Source: Antedon mediterranea
Lineage: Eukaryota; Animalia; Echinodermata
Assembly (NCBI RefSeq): GCF_964355755.1
Contig: NC_092673.1
Span: forward strand, 32,361,648 to 32,425,647
Length of the DNA stretch: 64,000 nt
Direction: 5' to 3'
Part shown: piece after piece, positions 52,801 to 64,000 of the stretch
Position numbering within the stretch: the first letter of the stretch is position 1
Layout: each line of letters begins with the position of its first letter
Translations under genes and position numbers: made by a program
Notes under the pieces: generated by a model
Database searches by the model: none
What the model was told of the DNA's origin: nothing
The model's input: only the letters and a program-made list of their open reading frames with translations

Positions 52801-55800
52801 TAACCATTACACCATTACACCAAAGCCTAATTTACACTCAGCAAAAAAATATTTAAAAAATAAATGATGATGAAAGAAAAAAGATCTTCAGGAATTGAAC
52901 CAGGGATCTCAACTGTGTAAGGCTTGATATATAACCATTACACCATTACAACAAAGCCTAATTTACACTCAGCAAAAAAATATTTAAAAAATAAATGATG
53001 ATGAAAGAAAAAAGATCTTCAGGAATTGAACCAGGAATCTCAACTGTGTAAGGCTTGATATATAACCATTACACCATTACACCAAAGCCTAATTTACACT
53101 CAGCAAAAAAATATTTAAAAAATAAATGATGATGAAAGAAAAAAGATCTTCAGGAATTGAACCAGGGATCTCAACTGTGTAAGGCTTGATATATAACCAT
53201 TACACCATTACAACAAAGCCTAATTTACACTCAGCAAAAAAATATTTAAAAAATAAATGATGATGAAAGAAAAAAGATCTTCAGGAATTGAACCAGTGAT
53301 CTCAACTGTGTAAGGCTTGATATATAACCATTACACCATTGCACCAAAGCCTAATTCACACTCAGCAAAAAAATATTTAAAAAATAAATGATTATGAAAG
53401 AAAAAAGATCTTCAGGAATTGAACCAGGGATCTCAACTGTGTAAGGCTTGATATATAACCATTACACCATTACACCAAAGCCTAATTCCCACTCAGCAAA
53501 AAAATATTTAAAAAATAAATGATGATGAAAGAAAAAAGATCTTCAGGAATTGAACCAGGGATCTCAACTGTGTAAGGCTTGATATTTAACCATTACACCA
53601 CACCAAAGCCTAATTCACACTCAGCACTAATACACAAAAATAAAAAAACAATTTCTGGGAAAATCATATGTAGGGGAATTATATTTTATTTCTGATTAAT
53701 AATATACACTGCCAAAGACACATATTTGGGTATATCACTACCATATTTAGGCACTTTTTTTGTTAAACTAGTTTGATAGTGTGGACAGAGCTTTAGTTAT
53801 GTTGTTTGTTTGTCTTTGATATGCTTTAACCAAGACTTGTTATCTGACAAATACTTGAAAGGATTAACAACATAGCTATACTATTTTTAGTCAAAGTTAA
53901 CCAGAATTGGCTAATGTGCCAAATTTAATCAAAATTTACTCCAATATTCACAACTTTTGCTGCTGTTAAATCCCAATAGAATATCAATTTTGACTCATTA
54001 TTGTGTCTTGATAATTGACATCTAATTTTAGAAACAGTTTATTCAAGCAGATGATTGTATTCTGACTGAAATTTATAGACCGAAAAACATATGCTATTGG
54101 TAATATTTAAATAGAATTCAGATGTACTAAATTTTTACCAGTGGTTATTCACACACGTTCCAAAATCAATTATGTTTTTATACCAATTCAGTTGAGTTCT
54201 AATTTTATTTTAATAGGGAATATTTTTGTAGCAAAGTAACATTGCATGACTCCAAAATTATATTTTGCATCAAAATTAAAACTTGGGCTTATAAATTGAG
54301 TACTCCAATGTGGGCTTTACATGGGTCTATGAAATATATTTTGAGGAAAACGTGTTGGTAATTGCCACTATATACACACATTAGTATATTTTGCTGCTTA
54401 TGTAACCATTTTATGTTATCAGCTCTTAGATCTCTCTATAACTTACATTAACTAGTTTAATAATTATCTTAAAATTCTTAAAAAATAAAAATGATTATTC
54501 ACAAAATTGAAAATTTTCTTTCAGATAATCAAATTATATGTACAGGGTCAAGAGACAACTTTCTACGATTATGGGATGTAGAAACTGGCGTTTGTACGAA
54601 GCAGAGTGCTATATCAAGGAACTTAGTAACAGATGTGAAATGGGTGCCTGATCAACACGCGGTAGCCCAAACTAGCGAGGATAAATGTCTACGGTAAGGA
54701 GTTTCGTGTATGCGGATCCACGATGTTGAAATAGGGGTTTCTTGGTGCCTTTGAGTTTTGAAAATGTTTGTTAATAAAGTGCTGCATTGGATTTAAAAAA
54801 TCAAATTGGGATTCTAGCTAAAGAAGCTATTAAATATATGGTCTTTTAAAACTAATATGACCATGGATTCATTTTGGAAAATTGGAAATAGGTGTACAAT
54901 GGTAACCAAAATGGCACCACCTGAAGTATACAATAGTATCATTGAGTACCGTTATTGTACTATAATTCATCCCTGCTACTACTAGTCTCTGTTAGCCATG
55001 TAATATGTTGTATTTCTTAATTCTCTTTTTTTCTTCAGCTTGTGGGACACTAGATCTCTTCAAGAAAGTCAAATATTTCCTAGGAAAAATTACATTCAAA
55101 CCTGTTGTGATGTTTCAAAGGATTCTCTTTACTGTGTTACGAGTAGTAATGGGTTTAGCGAACAAGGCTGCGAAGCTACAGTAGGTATATGCCAAACCGG
55201 TATTTGTTAATAAAATGAGGTAAAATGGTTGAGTGTTTAAGGCAGGGATGCCGTTTACCATATATAAAGAGCCAACTATATTAGCATAAGTACAAGGCCT
55301 ACTCGCTCCTAGTTCTGATGGTGGAACAAGTGCTTTAGAATAAGGACTATAAACCGTAGGTCCAGTGTACACAGTTTGTCCATGTGTACTTAAAAAAACT
55401 CAAATCATCATTCAAGTCGAGTAGGGAGGTTATCCCGGTGAACTGGTTAAAAAAATAGCCCCTGTATCAGGAGGATTACCACCTATCTGATAGGACATAT
55501 GACTAATTTACTATTGGTAATCCTTGGCCACATGTGCCTGGAAAACAACTTATTATAGATGCATAATATCCTGAAAGATAAATTTATGAGTTTTTAGAAT
55601 AATTTTGAATGAATTAAAAGTGGGTGAAATATATATAATAATAATAAATATTTCATTTTATTTCCTTTATTTATTCAACATCAAAAATGTCCTTGGACCG
55701 CAAAAGCAAAAAAGTCACCATAACATGTCTGGGGCCCTAGAAGAACTTAACTACATTTTTATAAATATAAATTTAAAAAAAACATATAAAACTGGTAAAA

Positions 55801-58456
55801 TAAAATAAAATGATGGCACACAGGATTCGAATCAGTAAAATGTTGTTTATATATATATATATTCCTTTGGTTGGTTGCTTAGTAATTTTACAGAAAGCAT
55901 CTTGATAATCTAAATCTTTTATAGTCAAATTTAAAGTTCTCAATTCATTGATCTTTTATTGCTTGTTGAAATTACTTGATCTTAATTTCCGCAATTAAGC
56001 AATTTGTGCAAAGCCCAGAATTGTCCGAGAGTAATAAGTCCAAGACGTTTATAGCCTTCAGATCGCCATGAAACAGAATATTTATTGCATCATTATGGTT
56101 ATATATTATTAACTGATAGCCAAAGCGTGAGGCGATTTACTGGTCTATTAAAGATGAAGACATTATAAAGCATCGGTAAAACGCATTTGTGAGTTTGTTG
56201 TTGTTGTAAAGGTCAACTGTTCAAGTGAAAGTATTGATTAAAATATTACAATGAAATGTTGAGGATTCTAAGGCATCATATATTTATTGCACTAAGTGAT
56301 ATGTTGTGAAATCAGTCAAGCGTAACATACTTTTGTGATCTCACTCAATCTGCATGATTGGATCACAAGATTCTTGTTGATATTTAAAACTTTTACAGTA
56401 GAATCGCTATTAGGAGACACCTTTGGGACCCAAAAATGAAACAAGTGTCCTTTTTAAAGGCCAATTTACACAGACGAGCGGTTACAGAAATAAAAATATA
56501 GAATTTGTTATTCCTTATGACCATTTACAGACAATGCGGAGGATAGATACAGATTGTACATGGAACAAGCTACATGGTTTTCCACTTACTGTTAACACTT
56601 GTCTGTGTAGATTGGCCTTAATAGCGGAGTTCTTAAATGACAAGATTTACTGTATGTATCAATTATCGTTTCGGTAATTTTTACAAAATGCATTGTTTTT
56701 TTTAACTGTGACACAAATTTTCTTTTTAGTTATGGGATTTAAGGACAGGCAAAATTCTAATGGAGTATAAAGGCCACACACAGACAACCTGTGCGTGTGC
56801 ATTTGCTAAAACAGAACGCCCTCTTGTGGTAACTTGTTCTAACGATTCAACTGTTAAAGTCTGGGATAGAGATTCCTCAGGTAATTTGTTTTGATAAATC
56901 AGCAAATGCAAATGAAATTAGAAAAGTTTTATCCTAGAACCAGAGGATAATAATTCTAATAATGCTGTCTTTAATGTTTTTATGACATTTGATAAATTGG
57001 TCAATTTATTTTCATTGAAGACAATGATTAACTCTACAATGAAAACATTTTCGATTTCTTTTGCTTTTACTTCTTCTATCTTCTTTTCCCCCTTCTTGTT
57101 TTTTAGAATGTCTTTCAACTCATTACCTTGATGGAGCTGGTTCTCTTTTATCATTGGCTGTTTTTCCTGATACAAGGTAAATTTAAATTTCTAAAACAAA
57201 ATTGTTTGTTAGAGTGTATACGAACATGGTATATTATTAGGAACGAGTTTTACTTTTTTATTTTTAATAAAAATAATCTATTCATTTGTAAGGATTAAAC
57301 AAACGAAATAAAATGTAAAATATAGATTTTATTGAATATGAAACATATTTATGCCCTGGACAGCTTTTTCCTTCTCTCATAATCCTCATGAAATAGGTCA
57401 TAAAAAACATACTGTTATTCATGTGACGTGTATAAATGTGTTTTGTTAAGATTTATTGATGACATTAATTCTCTTCAACTCTGTATTCATTTTACTCTGA
57501 TTTATCATGTATTGTTTAAAATAACAGATGATACTTCAGTTTTTTCCCCTGAATCTGGAAATAAATAAATTTGTATTCAATAACAATAAAATATAACAAC
57601 TACAGTTCTCTTCTAATATCCTTTAGCTGGTAGCAATTTTTTTTTCCCAACTTGTTGAAGCAGATATCATGAATAATGCATAGGATAATTATGGCATAAA
57701 AATTAAATCCATAGTATAGAGGGCATTATGTTTGAATTCGGAGCGATGGATCAAGAAGCCATTTATTTGCAGCACATTTTCTTTTGTCCAATCAGAAGTG
57801 AGCATGAATGACCTCGCTTGACAACGGATATGCTTGATATGAAGGCATGCTCAACGCTTGCGATTTTTTTCTCAGGGCGCCGGATCGAATCCGGGCACAA
57901 TTTGAATGTAGCTTTAACACTACAGCCAACACATATTCAGAGTGTACCCCTATTAAGGGAACACTTTGATGGGCCAAATAATAGGAGTTATACTGTAAAT
58001 TAAATATTTAAAGATGTTGTCCCTTTTATTGTTACTTAAAAGTTAAAAAACTAAAATTTAAAGCAAAAAATAGTCAAATTGGCTGCCAGCCAATTGTGTT
58101 TTGGTTAAGTTTCACCGTTATTTTGTCTTTTTATAAGTGAAAACATTATTTTTTTGGCATGTTTTTCTACAAAAGTGATTAACTTTTTTAAAGCTGAAAA
58201 ATGGACTATTCAATGTCTGATTTATTAATCTTCATTTTTTATGATTTGGGGGACAATACATCTTTAAGTATAATCAATCATTGTGTTATAATCAATCATT
58301 GTGGTATAATCAATCATTGTGGTATAATTTTTACATAATTTTTATTACATTTTTGTTTGCAGTATCTGTGTCGGAAGTGTGAATACAGGTGTTCATGTTC
58401 TTTCATTTGGCACAGAAAGTGGTAAAGTTAGTCTGAAAAAAACAGCGACGTACTGA
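43886..58456 (+). CDS. WDR31: WD repeat-containing protein 31, 9 exons, 344 aa
   Basis: Exons 43886-43935 (MGKRHSK), 45304-45424, 47081-47155 (GHKKEITK), 51615-51777 (FFSASRD..GHDLVVTGLAVS), 54525-54693 (CTGSRDN..WDV..SRNLVT..QTSEDK), 55039-55180 (LWDTRSLQ..IQT.CDVS..SNGF..GCEAT), 56730-56880 (LWDLR..EYKGH.QT), 57107-57176 (LDGAGSLLSLAV), 58363-58456. 1035 nt in frame; motifs are colinear with human WDR31. Confidence 0.93.
44588..45240 (-). mobile_element. Degenerate Helentron/Helitron2-type non-autonomous element
   Basis: On the minus strand the 5' end is attaaccgccgccaag followed by (GTTT)n, and the 3' end is ggcggaggaggtatgcacttacggagtggctttcta (subTIR, hairpin, end). Confidence 0.62.
45442..45578. 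mobile_element. Harbinger/Tourist-like MITE copy
   Basis: ggctctgtctacactatcaaact...agtttgagagtgtaaacagagct, followed by TAA. Confidence 0.78.
46365..46782. repeat. ~81-bp tandem repeat x4 derived from a TA-flanked MITE (gggacacctctattaaggggacac family)
   Basis: Units start near 46365, 46445, 46527 and 46609; right end aataggggttcta. Related fragments occur at ~1100, ~29430, ~41365, 56394-56655, ~57945 and 58622/62927. Confidence 0.72.
47680..48380. repeat. Pyrimidine-rich degenerate minisatellite (ttcttcctacttt motif)
   Basis: Many copies of ttcttcctacttt(a) within TCT-rich sequence. Gives spurious F/L/S-rich ORFs. Confidence 0.9.
48930..49400 (-). mobile_element. 3' fragment of a CR1/L2-group LINE
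   Basis: SEPLFKKLKILNVYDIYK...HNLR...RLTCSQQFI..GPK.W parallels the C-terminus of the LINE ORF at 59692-60990 and is frameshifted near the end. More decayed pieces flank it (~48400-48870, ~49590-49660). Confidence 0.75.
50765..50925 (-). mobile_element. SINE fragment with conserved central domain
   Basis: Minus strand accgtaggtccagtgtacac...gtgcactttaaagaacc...gagtagggggttaccccggtg matches 55353-55440 (+). Its tail matches 6005-6090. Confidence 0.65.
52601..53626 (-). repeat. 131-bp tandem array x8, each unit carrying a degenerate tRNA-like head
   Basis: caggaattgaacc starts at 52627, 52758, 52889, 53020, 53151, 53282, 53413 and 53544. Minus strand reads tggtgtaatgg (A box) ... ggttcaattcc (B box). 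Confidence 0.9.
53703..53792. mobile_element. Harbinger/Tourist-like MITE, partial
   Basis: catatttgggtatatcactaccatattt...ctagtttgatagtgtggacagagct followed by tta. Confidence 0.65.
55290..55445 (+). mobile_element. SINE fragment related to 50765-50925
   Basis: aaggactataaaccgtaggtccagtgtacac...gagtagggaggttatcccggtg. Confidence 0.6.
56458..56618. mobile_element. Second Harbinger-like MITE family, nested in a TA-flanked MITE (56394-56655)
   Basis: taa|aggccaatttacacagacgag...cttgtctgtgtagattggcct|taa: 21-bp TIR and TAA TSD. The host begins tacagtagaatc and ends gatttactgta. Confidence 0.82.
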
Positions 58457-58767
58457 GCATGACAGGTACTCCAACCTTTCTACGTTTAATTTATACTCTT
58501 AGGTTCGATCTTTCACGATTCATATTCTGCGAAATTTGATAACATCTCAACTAAATGGTTTATTTATCGAATTGTCGGGAATTAATTGAATTGAAATTGA
58601 AAACAGCTTGATATTTTATAATGCAGTAGTAGTATGGGAACACCGTTGGGACCAGCCAAAGTGTCCCCAAATGAGGGTGTTCTGTAAACAGGGGTGCGTG
58701 TGCCCCTAAATAGTAGTTTTAAAATACATTCCTGTGTTGATTTCGCAGGAAAGTGTTTCCTTATATA

Positions 58768-61700
58768 TAGTCCATGGGATTTAGACTTTTAACTCACACA
58801 AATTGCAAGAAAAGGTTTTTTTGATGAAATGTGTTCTTTAGACCATACTGAACACATTTATCAACGTTAGGACATTTTTCGACAACAGGAAGTAGCCTAA
58901 TTTGCATAATTAAAAATGGCCGCCATTTTTAATAACGTACTCTGTATCTTGGAAACCGCTAGTCACAGATACTTAATTATGGTGTCAAAATCATTAGAAC
59001 ATATGTTTTTATATTAACTTTAATGACAAAGTTTGTCCAAAAATGAATGGAAGTGCTATTTCTAACATTATTGACCTTTGACCTTGATTTATCATATCTC
59101 AGCAACCACTAATCGGAGATATACAAATTAGGGCTTAAATTGTTCAGAAACTACACATTTATATCCAGTCTAATGGCATGTTTTTGCAAAAAATGGCGGA
59201 TTCTAACATTATTGACCTTTGACCTTGATTTATCATATCTTAGCAACCACTAATCTGAGAGACACACAATATGGCTCAAACTGTTTAGAAACTACATATT
59301 TATATTTAATCTAATGGCATGTTTTTGCAAAAAATGGCCGATTCTAACATTATTGACCTTTGAACTTTGCACTACATAAAATCGCATAACTTTGAAAATA
59401 TTGTACATATGAAATTATTTTTAGTGTCAAATTATTCAGAACATACATGTTTCTATAGAGTCCAATGACACATTATGTCCAATAATGACCTATTGTATGG
59501 TTATTAACATTTGAACTATATTTGAAAAGGATTTTTAAGCCCGGAATCTTCTTCATGTAGGCATTCATTAGAACATGTGATTTGGCACTACTTGTTTAGA
59601 ATATGGTGGTAATTTAAAGTGCATGTAACCAGTTGATTTAAATTAAATTTAAAAACTGAAATATTCACTTAAAAAAAAAATATTAGACTATATGTATACA
59701 TACATTACATTTTCCAAAATATTTGAGAGGATTGTGTATGATCAAACGATTTGTTACCTCTCAAAATATAACGTACTGAGTAAAACACAGTATGGATTTA
59801 GACAACACCATTCAACTAGTCATGCTTTAATACAATCGATTGAAAAAATCACAAACGCTATTGAGAATAAAGAGTTCACACTAGGAGTTTTCCTTGATTT
59901 ATCAAAAGCGTTTGATACAATCGATCATGATATATTATTAGATAAGTTAAGATTTTATGGTATAAGAGGAGTACCGCTAAACTGGTTCTCAAACTATCTT
60001 AAAAAAAGACTACAATACACATTTATTGTTAATACTGCATCTAGTAAAATGACAGTAAACACTGGAGTTCCTCAGGGATCCATATTGGGTCCATTATTAT
60101 TTCTTATATTCATTAATGATATTAGTCTAGCATGTAACCATGTAGACATGATTATGTATGCAGATGACACAAATGTGTTTTATAGTCACAATGATATTAC
60201 TCAAGCTTTTGATACAATGAACCAGGAGTTATCTATACTTTCGGACTGGTTTATTGCTAACAAATTAACGCTAAATGTAAACAAATCAAAATATGTTATA
60301 TTTAAGGCTAGAAATAAGTCAGCTGACACTACCTCACTAGAATTGAGGATGGGAAATGAATGTATAGTAAAAGCTACTGAAGTTAAATTTCTAGGCTTAT
60401 TTCTGGATGAAACTTTATCGTTTAATTTTCATGTAAATGAGGTAGCAAACAGTATTTCTAGAATAATTGGTGTCTTAAACAAAGTGAAGTCTATGTTATC
60501 AAGTAAAATCTTGTTAACGGTATACAATGCACTTATATTACCTAGAATAACGTATGCTATCACAGTATGGGGTGCTACTTCTGCTACAAACTTAAACCGT
60601 ATACATATTCTCCAGAAAAAAGCACTTAGAAATATTTGTCATGTTCATTTTATGCATCCTTCTCATCCACTTTTTATTTCAACCCAAACATTAAATATTT
60701 TTGACCTTTATACGAAACACACTGCTATATTTATGTATCAATATAAACATAATCTATTACCTGAATCATTTAATAACTTATTTAGTACATCTGCCTCATT
60801 CCATAATTACTCAACTAGAAACAGGTCAAACTACTGTCCACAACTAAAACGCACCAAAGTCGGACAGCAATGTATTTCCTACCAAGGAACACATATTTGG
60901 AACAATTTAACAGACTATATAAAACAATCCCCCACTTTAAGTTTGTTTAAACAGAGATTAAAGCAATATTATAACAATAGAAATATTTAAGTTAAGTAAA
61001 TCACATTATGTTATTTTGGTCTGTTCTTTTTGTTTGTACTAATTGTTTGATCTTTTTGTTAGGGTTACATGCTTAAAGCACTTGTGCTTATTTTGTATCC
61101 CATTCCATTATCTTATTATTTGTATTGTATTTGTATATGTTTTTATTTTGATTATGGAATAAAAATGTCGATGAATTGAAAAAAAAAAAAAAAAAATTGA
61201 ATTATAGGTTTGGATTATTAATAAATTTTTAATTAGGTCTTACATCTTACTCAGGAGAAAGTTGGTGTTGACACTATTAACAGAGCCAACAAAAATGTAG
61301 TTTTTTTTATGATATATTGTTACATTGTACATACTTTAAATAGGCCATGCCATTTTGCAGGTTTATTAACGTTTTTTTCAAGTTAGTAATTTATATTTTG
61401 ATCAAATTAAATTGCCATTAAATGGCATATTCAAAAAACAAATTTCTAAAGATTATTTAGTTTATATTTTGCTAAGGATAGCATCACTCTTGAGGGCATT
61501 CTTTTAGGTTGAAACATAGTCTTATTAAGAAGGCATTTTCTACTAATAGACGCATTGTTGACAACTGGAATTTTAAAAGATCGATATTAATGCAACATAT
61601 TTAGTTTAGTTTAATTAATTGGCTATCGAGACTCATAATTAGGCTGACCACCACTTGCAATATTTTCGCCGTATACAGTAAAAACCTCAGTTTCTTATGG

Positions 61701-62876
61701 AATTTATTTATTTATTTCAATAACCATATACAGTACGACTACTAGTCGTGTATAGTTTTTAACCTTTTATTACTTGTTTTTGTACTTTTTTTACGTGAAT
61801 GTATTGTGTATGTACCATGTTTCTATGTGGTTTAATTTTTACCATTTTTTAACCATCAATTTTAATGCTTTTAATATAAATATATTGTAATTCAGCTTCA
61901 GCTGCGAAAACGATAAGAAATAAAATAAACAAACGTGTAAACTTGTAGGCAGTTTATGGATGAATGCAATAGTTTATGCTTATAAATTTAGTGTACCATG
62001 GCCTACTTTAAACTAAACATAATAAGTCAACATTGCAACTCTTACATTTTAGAGTGCCAAATCACATGTTCTAATGGATGTCCACATGAAGGAGATTCCG
62101 GGTTTAAAGGCTTTTCAAATATAGTTCAAATGTTAATAACCATACAATAGGCCATTATTGGACATAATGTGTCATTGGACTCTATAGAAACATGTATGTT
62201 CTGAATAATTTGACACTAAAAATAATTTCATATGTACAATATTTTCAAAGTTATGCGATTTTATGTAGTTCAAAGGTCAATAATGTTAGAATCGGCCATT
62301 TTTTGCAAAAACATGCCATTAGACTAAATATAAATATGTAGTTTTTGAACAGTTTGAGCCATATTGTGTGTCTCTCAGATTAGTGGTTGCTAAGATATGA
62401 TAAATCAAGGTCAAAGGTCAATAATGTTAGAATCCGCCATTTTTTGCAAAAACATGCCATTAGACTGGATATAAATGTGTAGTTTCTGAACAATTTAAGC
62501 CCTAATTTGTATATCTCCGATTAGTGGTTGCTGAGATATGAGAATTCAAGGTCAAAGGTCAATAATGTTAGAAATAGCACTTCCATTCATTTTTGGACAA
62601 ACTTTTTCAATAAAGTGAATATAAAAACATATATTCTAACGATTTTGACACCATAATTAAGTATCTGTGACTAGCGGTTTTCAAGATACAGAGTACGTTA
62701 TCAAAAATGGCGGCCATTTTTAATTATGCAAATTAGGCTACTTCCCGTTGTCGAAAAAATGTCCTAACGTTGATAAATATGTTCAGTAGGGTCTAAAGAA
62801 CACATTTCATCAAAAAAACCTTTTCTTGCAATTTGTGTGAGAAAAGGGTCATTTTTTAGCTAAATCCCATGGACTA
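58768..62876. mobile_element. Non-autonomous Academ-like element with ~820-bp TIRs
   Basis: Ends tagtccatgggatttag / ctaaatcccatggacta with exact 3-bp TSD ATA (58765-58767, 62877-62879). Arms 58768-~59588 and ~62053-62876 are nearly perfect inverted copies with internal ttgaccttt repeats. It is inserted in a gggacac-family MITE (58622...62927). Confidence 0.88.
59705..61196 (+). mobile_element. 5'-truncated non-LTR retrotransposon (CR1/L2 group, Crack/Daphne-like) with intact RT and C-terminus
   Basis: Open frame to 60990 with YGFR, FLDLSKAFDTIDH, GVPQGSILGPLLFLIFIND, YADDT, KFLG and LQKKALR. 3' UTR has a stem-loop-like segment (61062-61100), AATAAA at 61158 and an A-tract at 61179-61196. 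No endonuclease domain and no clear TSD. Confidence 0.93.
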
Positions 62877-63704
62877 ATAGTGGTGTCCCCTGAATAGGGG
62901 TGTCTCACAGGAGGAGTTCTATTGTATTTATTTACATTCAAATATTGATGAGGAGATCTGTACTACTGAACATCATTTATTCTACTGCTCATCTGTATTC
63001 AGAGTAAATAAACCACCACAACCTTGATAATGTATATAATAATAACAGAGCATCATCATTTTGATATTTTTAATTATTTTTCTTGCCAAGCACAGCCCTG
63101 TTGAATGTGGGTTAGCCCTATTTTGAAATGGTTTATTCCATTGTGAGTTTAATCAATAATTACCTTATTTGTGATTGTAACATACTGTATGTATGTATAA
63201 ATGTTGTATTATATAAGTGTGTTCGACATAATTTTACATTTTATATATTATTTAATGTATTAGATGTTATGATTCCAAGTACTGTGTTTGAGCATGGAGT
63301 AAAGTACTCCATGGTTTGAGTGCCAATGGTGCAAGGGTACGCTACACGCAGGCATAGAAAATAATATGTAAATAATATATGTATATGTATGCTTGAAAGT
63401 CTTTAGGTCACAAATGTTGAGCATTATAGTATGATTTACAAATTAATAATCTGTACAATATAACTAAATGCCCATTACATTTTTCAATTACAAATAATTA
63501 TTGTAATCTGTTTACTGTATACAAAATGGACTGCTTTAAGTTCAGAATACTTATGTTTAAAGAGCATGATATGGTGACATTAATTAGTATTTATGTTGAG
63601 TAAAAAGAGAAAGCTAAATCATGCAAACAAAGTGACTATTCAGTAAAATCCATTAATTTACAGTAATCGGCTGATTATGCGAAAGAAGCTGTGGTCACAC
63701 GAAC

Positions 63705-63865
63705 ATGTTAAATGTGTATGCATGCTTAAGATGTGTAATTCATACAATCTTGTTCCCCTCTGTATGCATGCTTAAGCTGTGTTCACACAAACTTGTTAAC
63801 TCTGTATGCCTTCTTAAGCTGTGTTCACACGATCTTGTTAACTCTGTATGCATGCTTAAGCTGAT
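63705..63865. repeat. 42-bp minisatellite x3-4
   Basis: Unit ctctgtatgcatgcttaagctgtgttcacacaaacttgttaa and variants. Confidence 0.8.
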
Positions 63866-64000
63866 CAGAACGTCCGATGTAAATGCCTGTGTGGTCAGTA
63901 CCTCTTCTGTGTTAATTAACTCTAATATAATGTTAACTCTGATAAGGATCAAAATGTAATTGGTAATTCAGCCCATGCCATCAGGAGTATGCTGTATGAA

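Noticed and set aside
52601-53626. Cluster of functional tRNA-Val genes
   Set aside because: Acceptor and anticodon stems do not pair properly; kept only as a tRNA-like repeat.
55660-56390. Possible decayed minus-strand retroelement
   Set aside because: The 3'-UTR-like end is suggestive, but I could not read recognisable RT motifs in any frame.
63705-63959. Possible zinc-finger-like coding repeat (HTE..CEH)
   Set aside because: A 42-bp minisatellite without C2H2 spacing; flanking frames contain stops and no clear splice sites were found.

Overview
AT-rich, intron-containing animal DNA (invertebrate; a deuterostome such as an echinoderm is plausible but cannot be shown from this sequence). 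I reconstructed five spliced genes by hand: the 3' half of DDX39/UAP56 (+), PTGES2 (-), a ~907-aa type I membrane protein with ~7 CUB domains and an LDLa module (+), a C9orf43/DUF4647-like gene (-) and WDR31 (+), the last two head-to-head. The gap between PTGES2 and the CUB gene holds a ~16.5-kb nest of transposons. An outer CAAAG-ended TIR element contains an internally deleted Academ-like transposon with a broken spliced transposase, plus an ~11-kb block of ~1.54-kb Helitron/Helentron-like units. That block looks like a satellite, but its junctions fit Russian-doll insertion of each element at the same A|T site just behind the 5' hairpin of a related element. This is the most interesting signal in the window. 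Other features are an 8 x 131-bp array of tRNA-like heads in a WDR31 intron, a second Academ-like element with ~820-bp TIRs carrying a young 5'-truncated LINE, further HINEs, SINE fragments and Harbinger-like MITEs. Family names come from motif recognition only; no database search was run.
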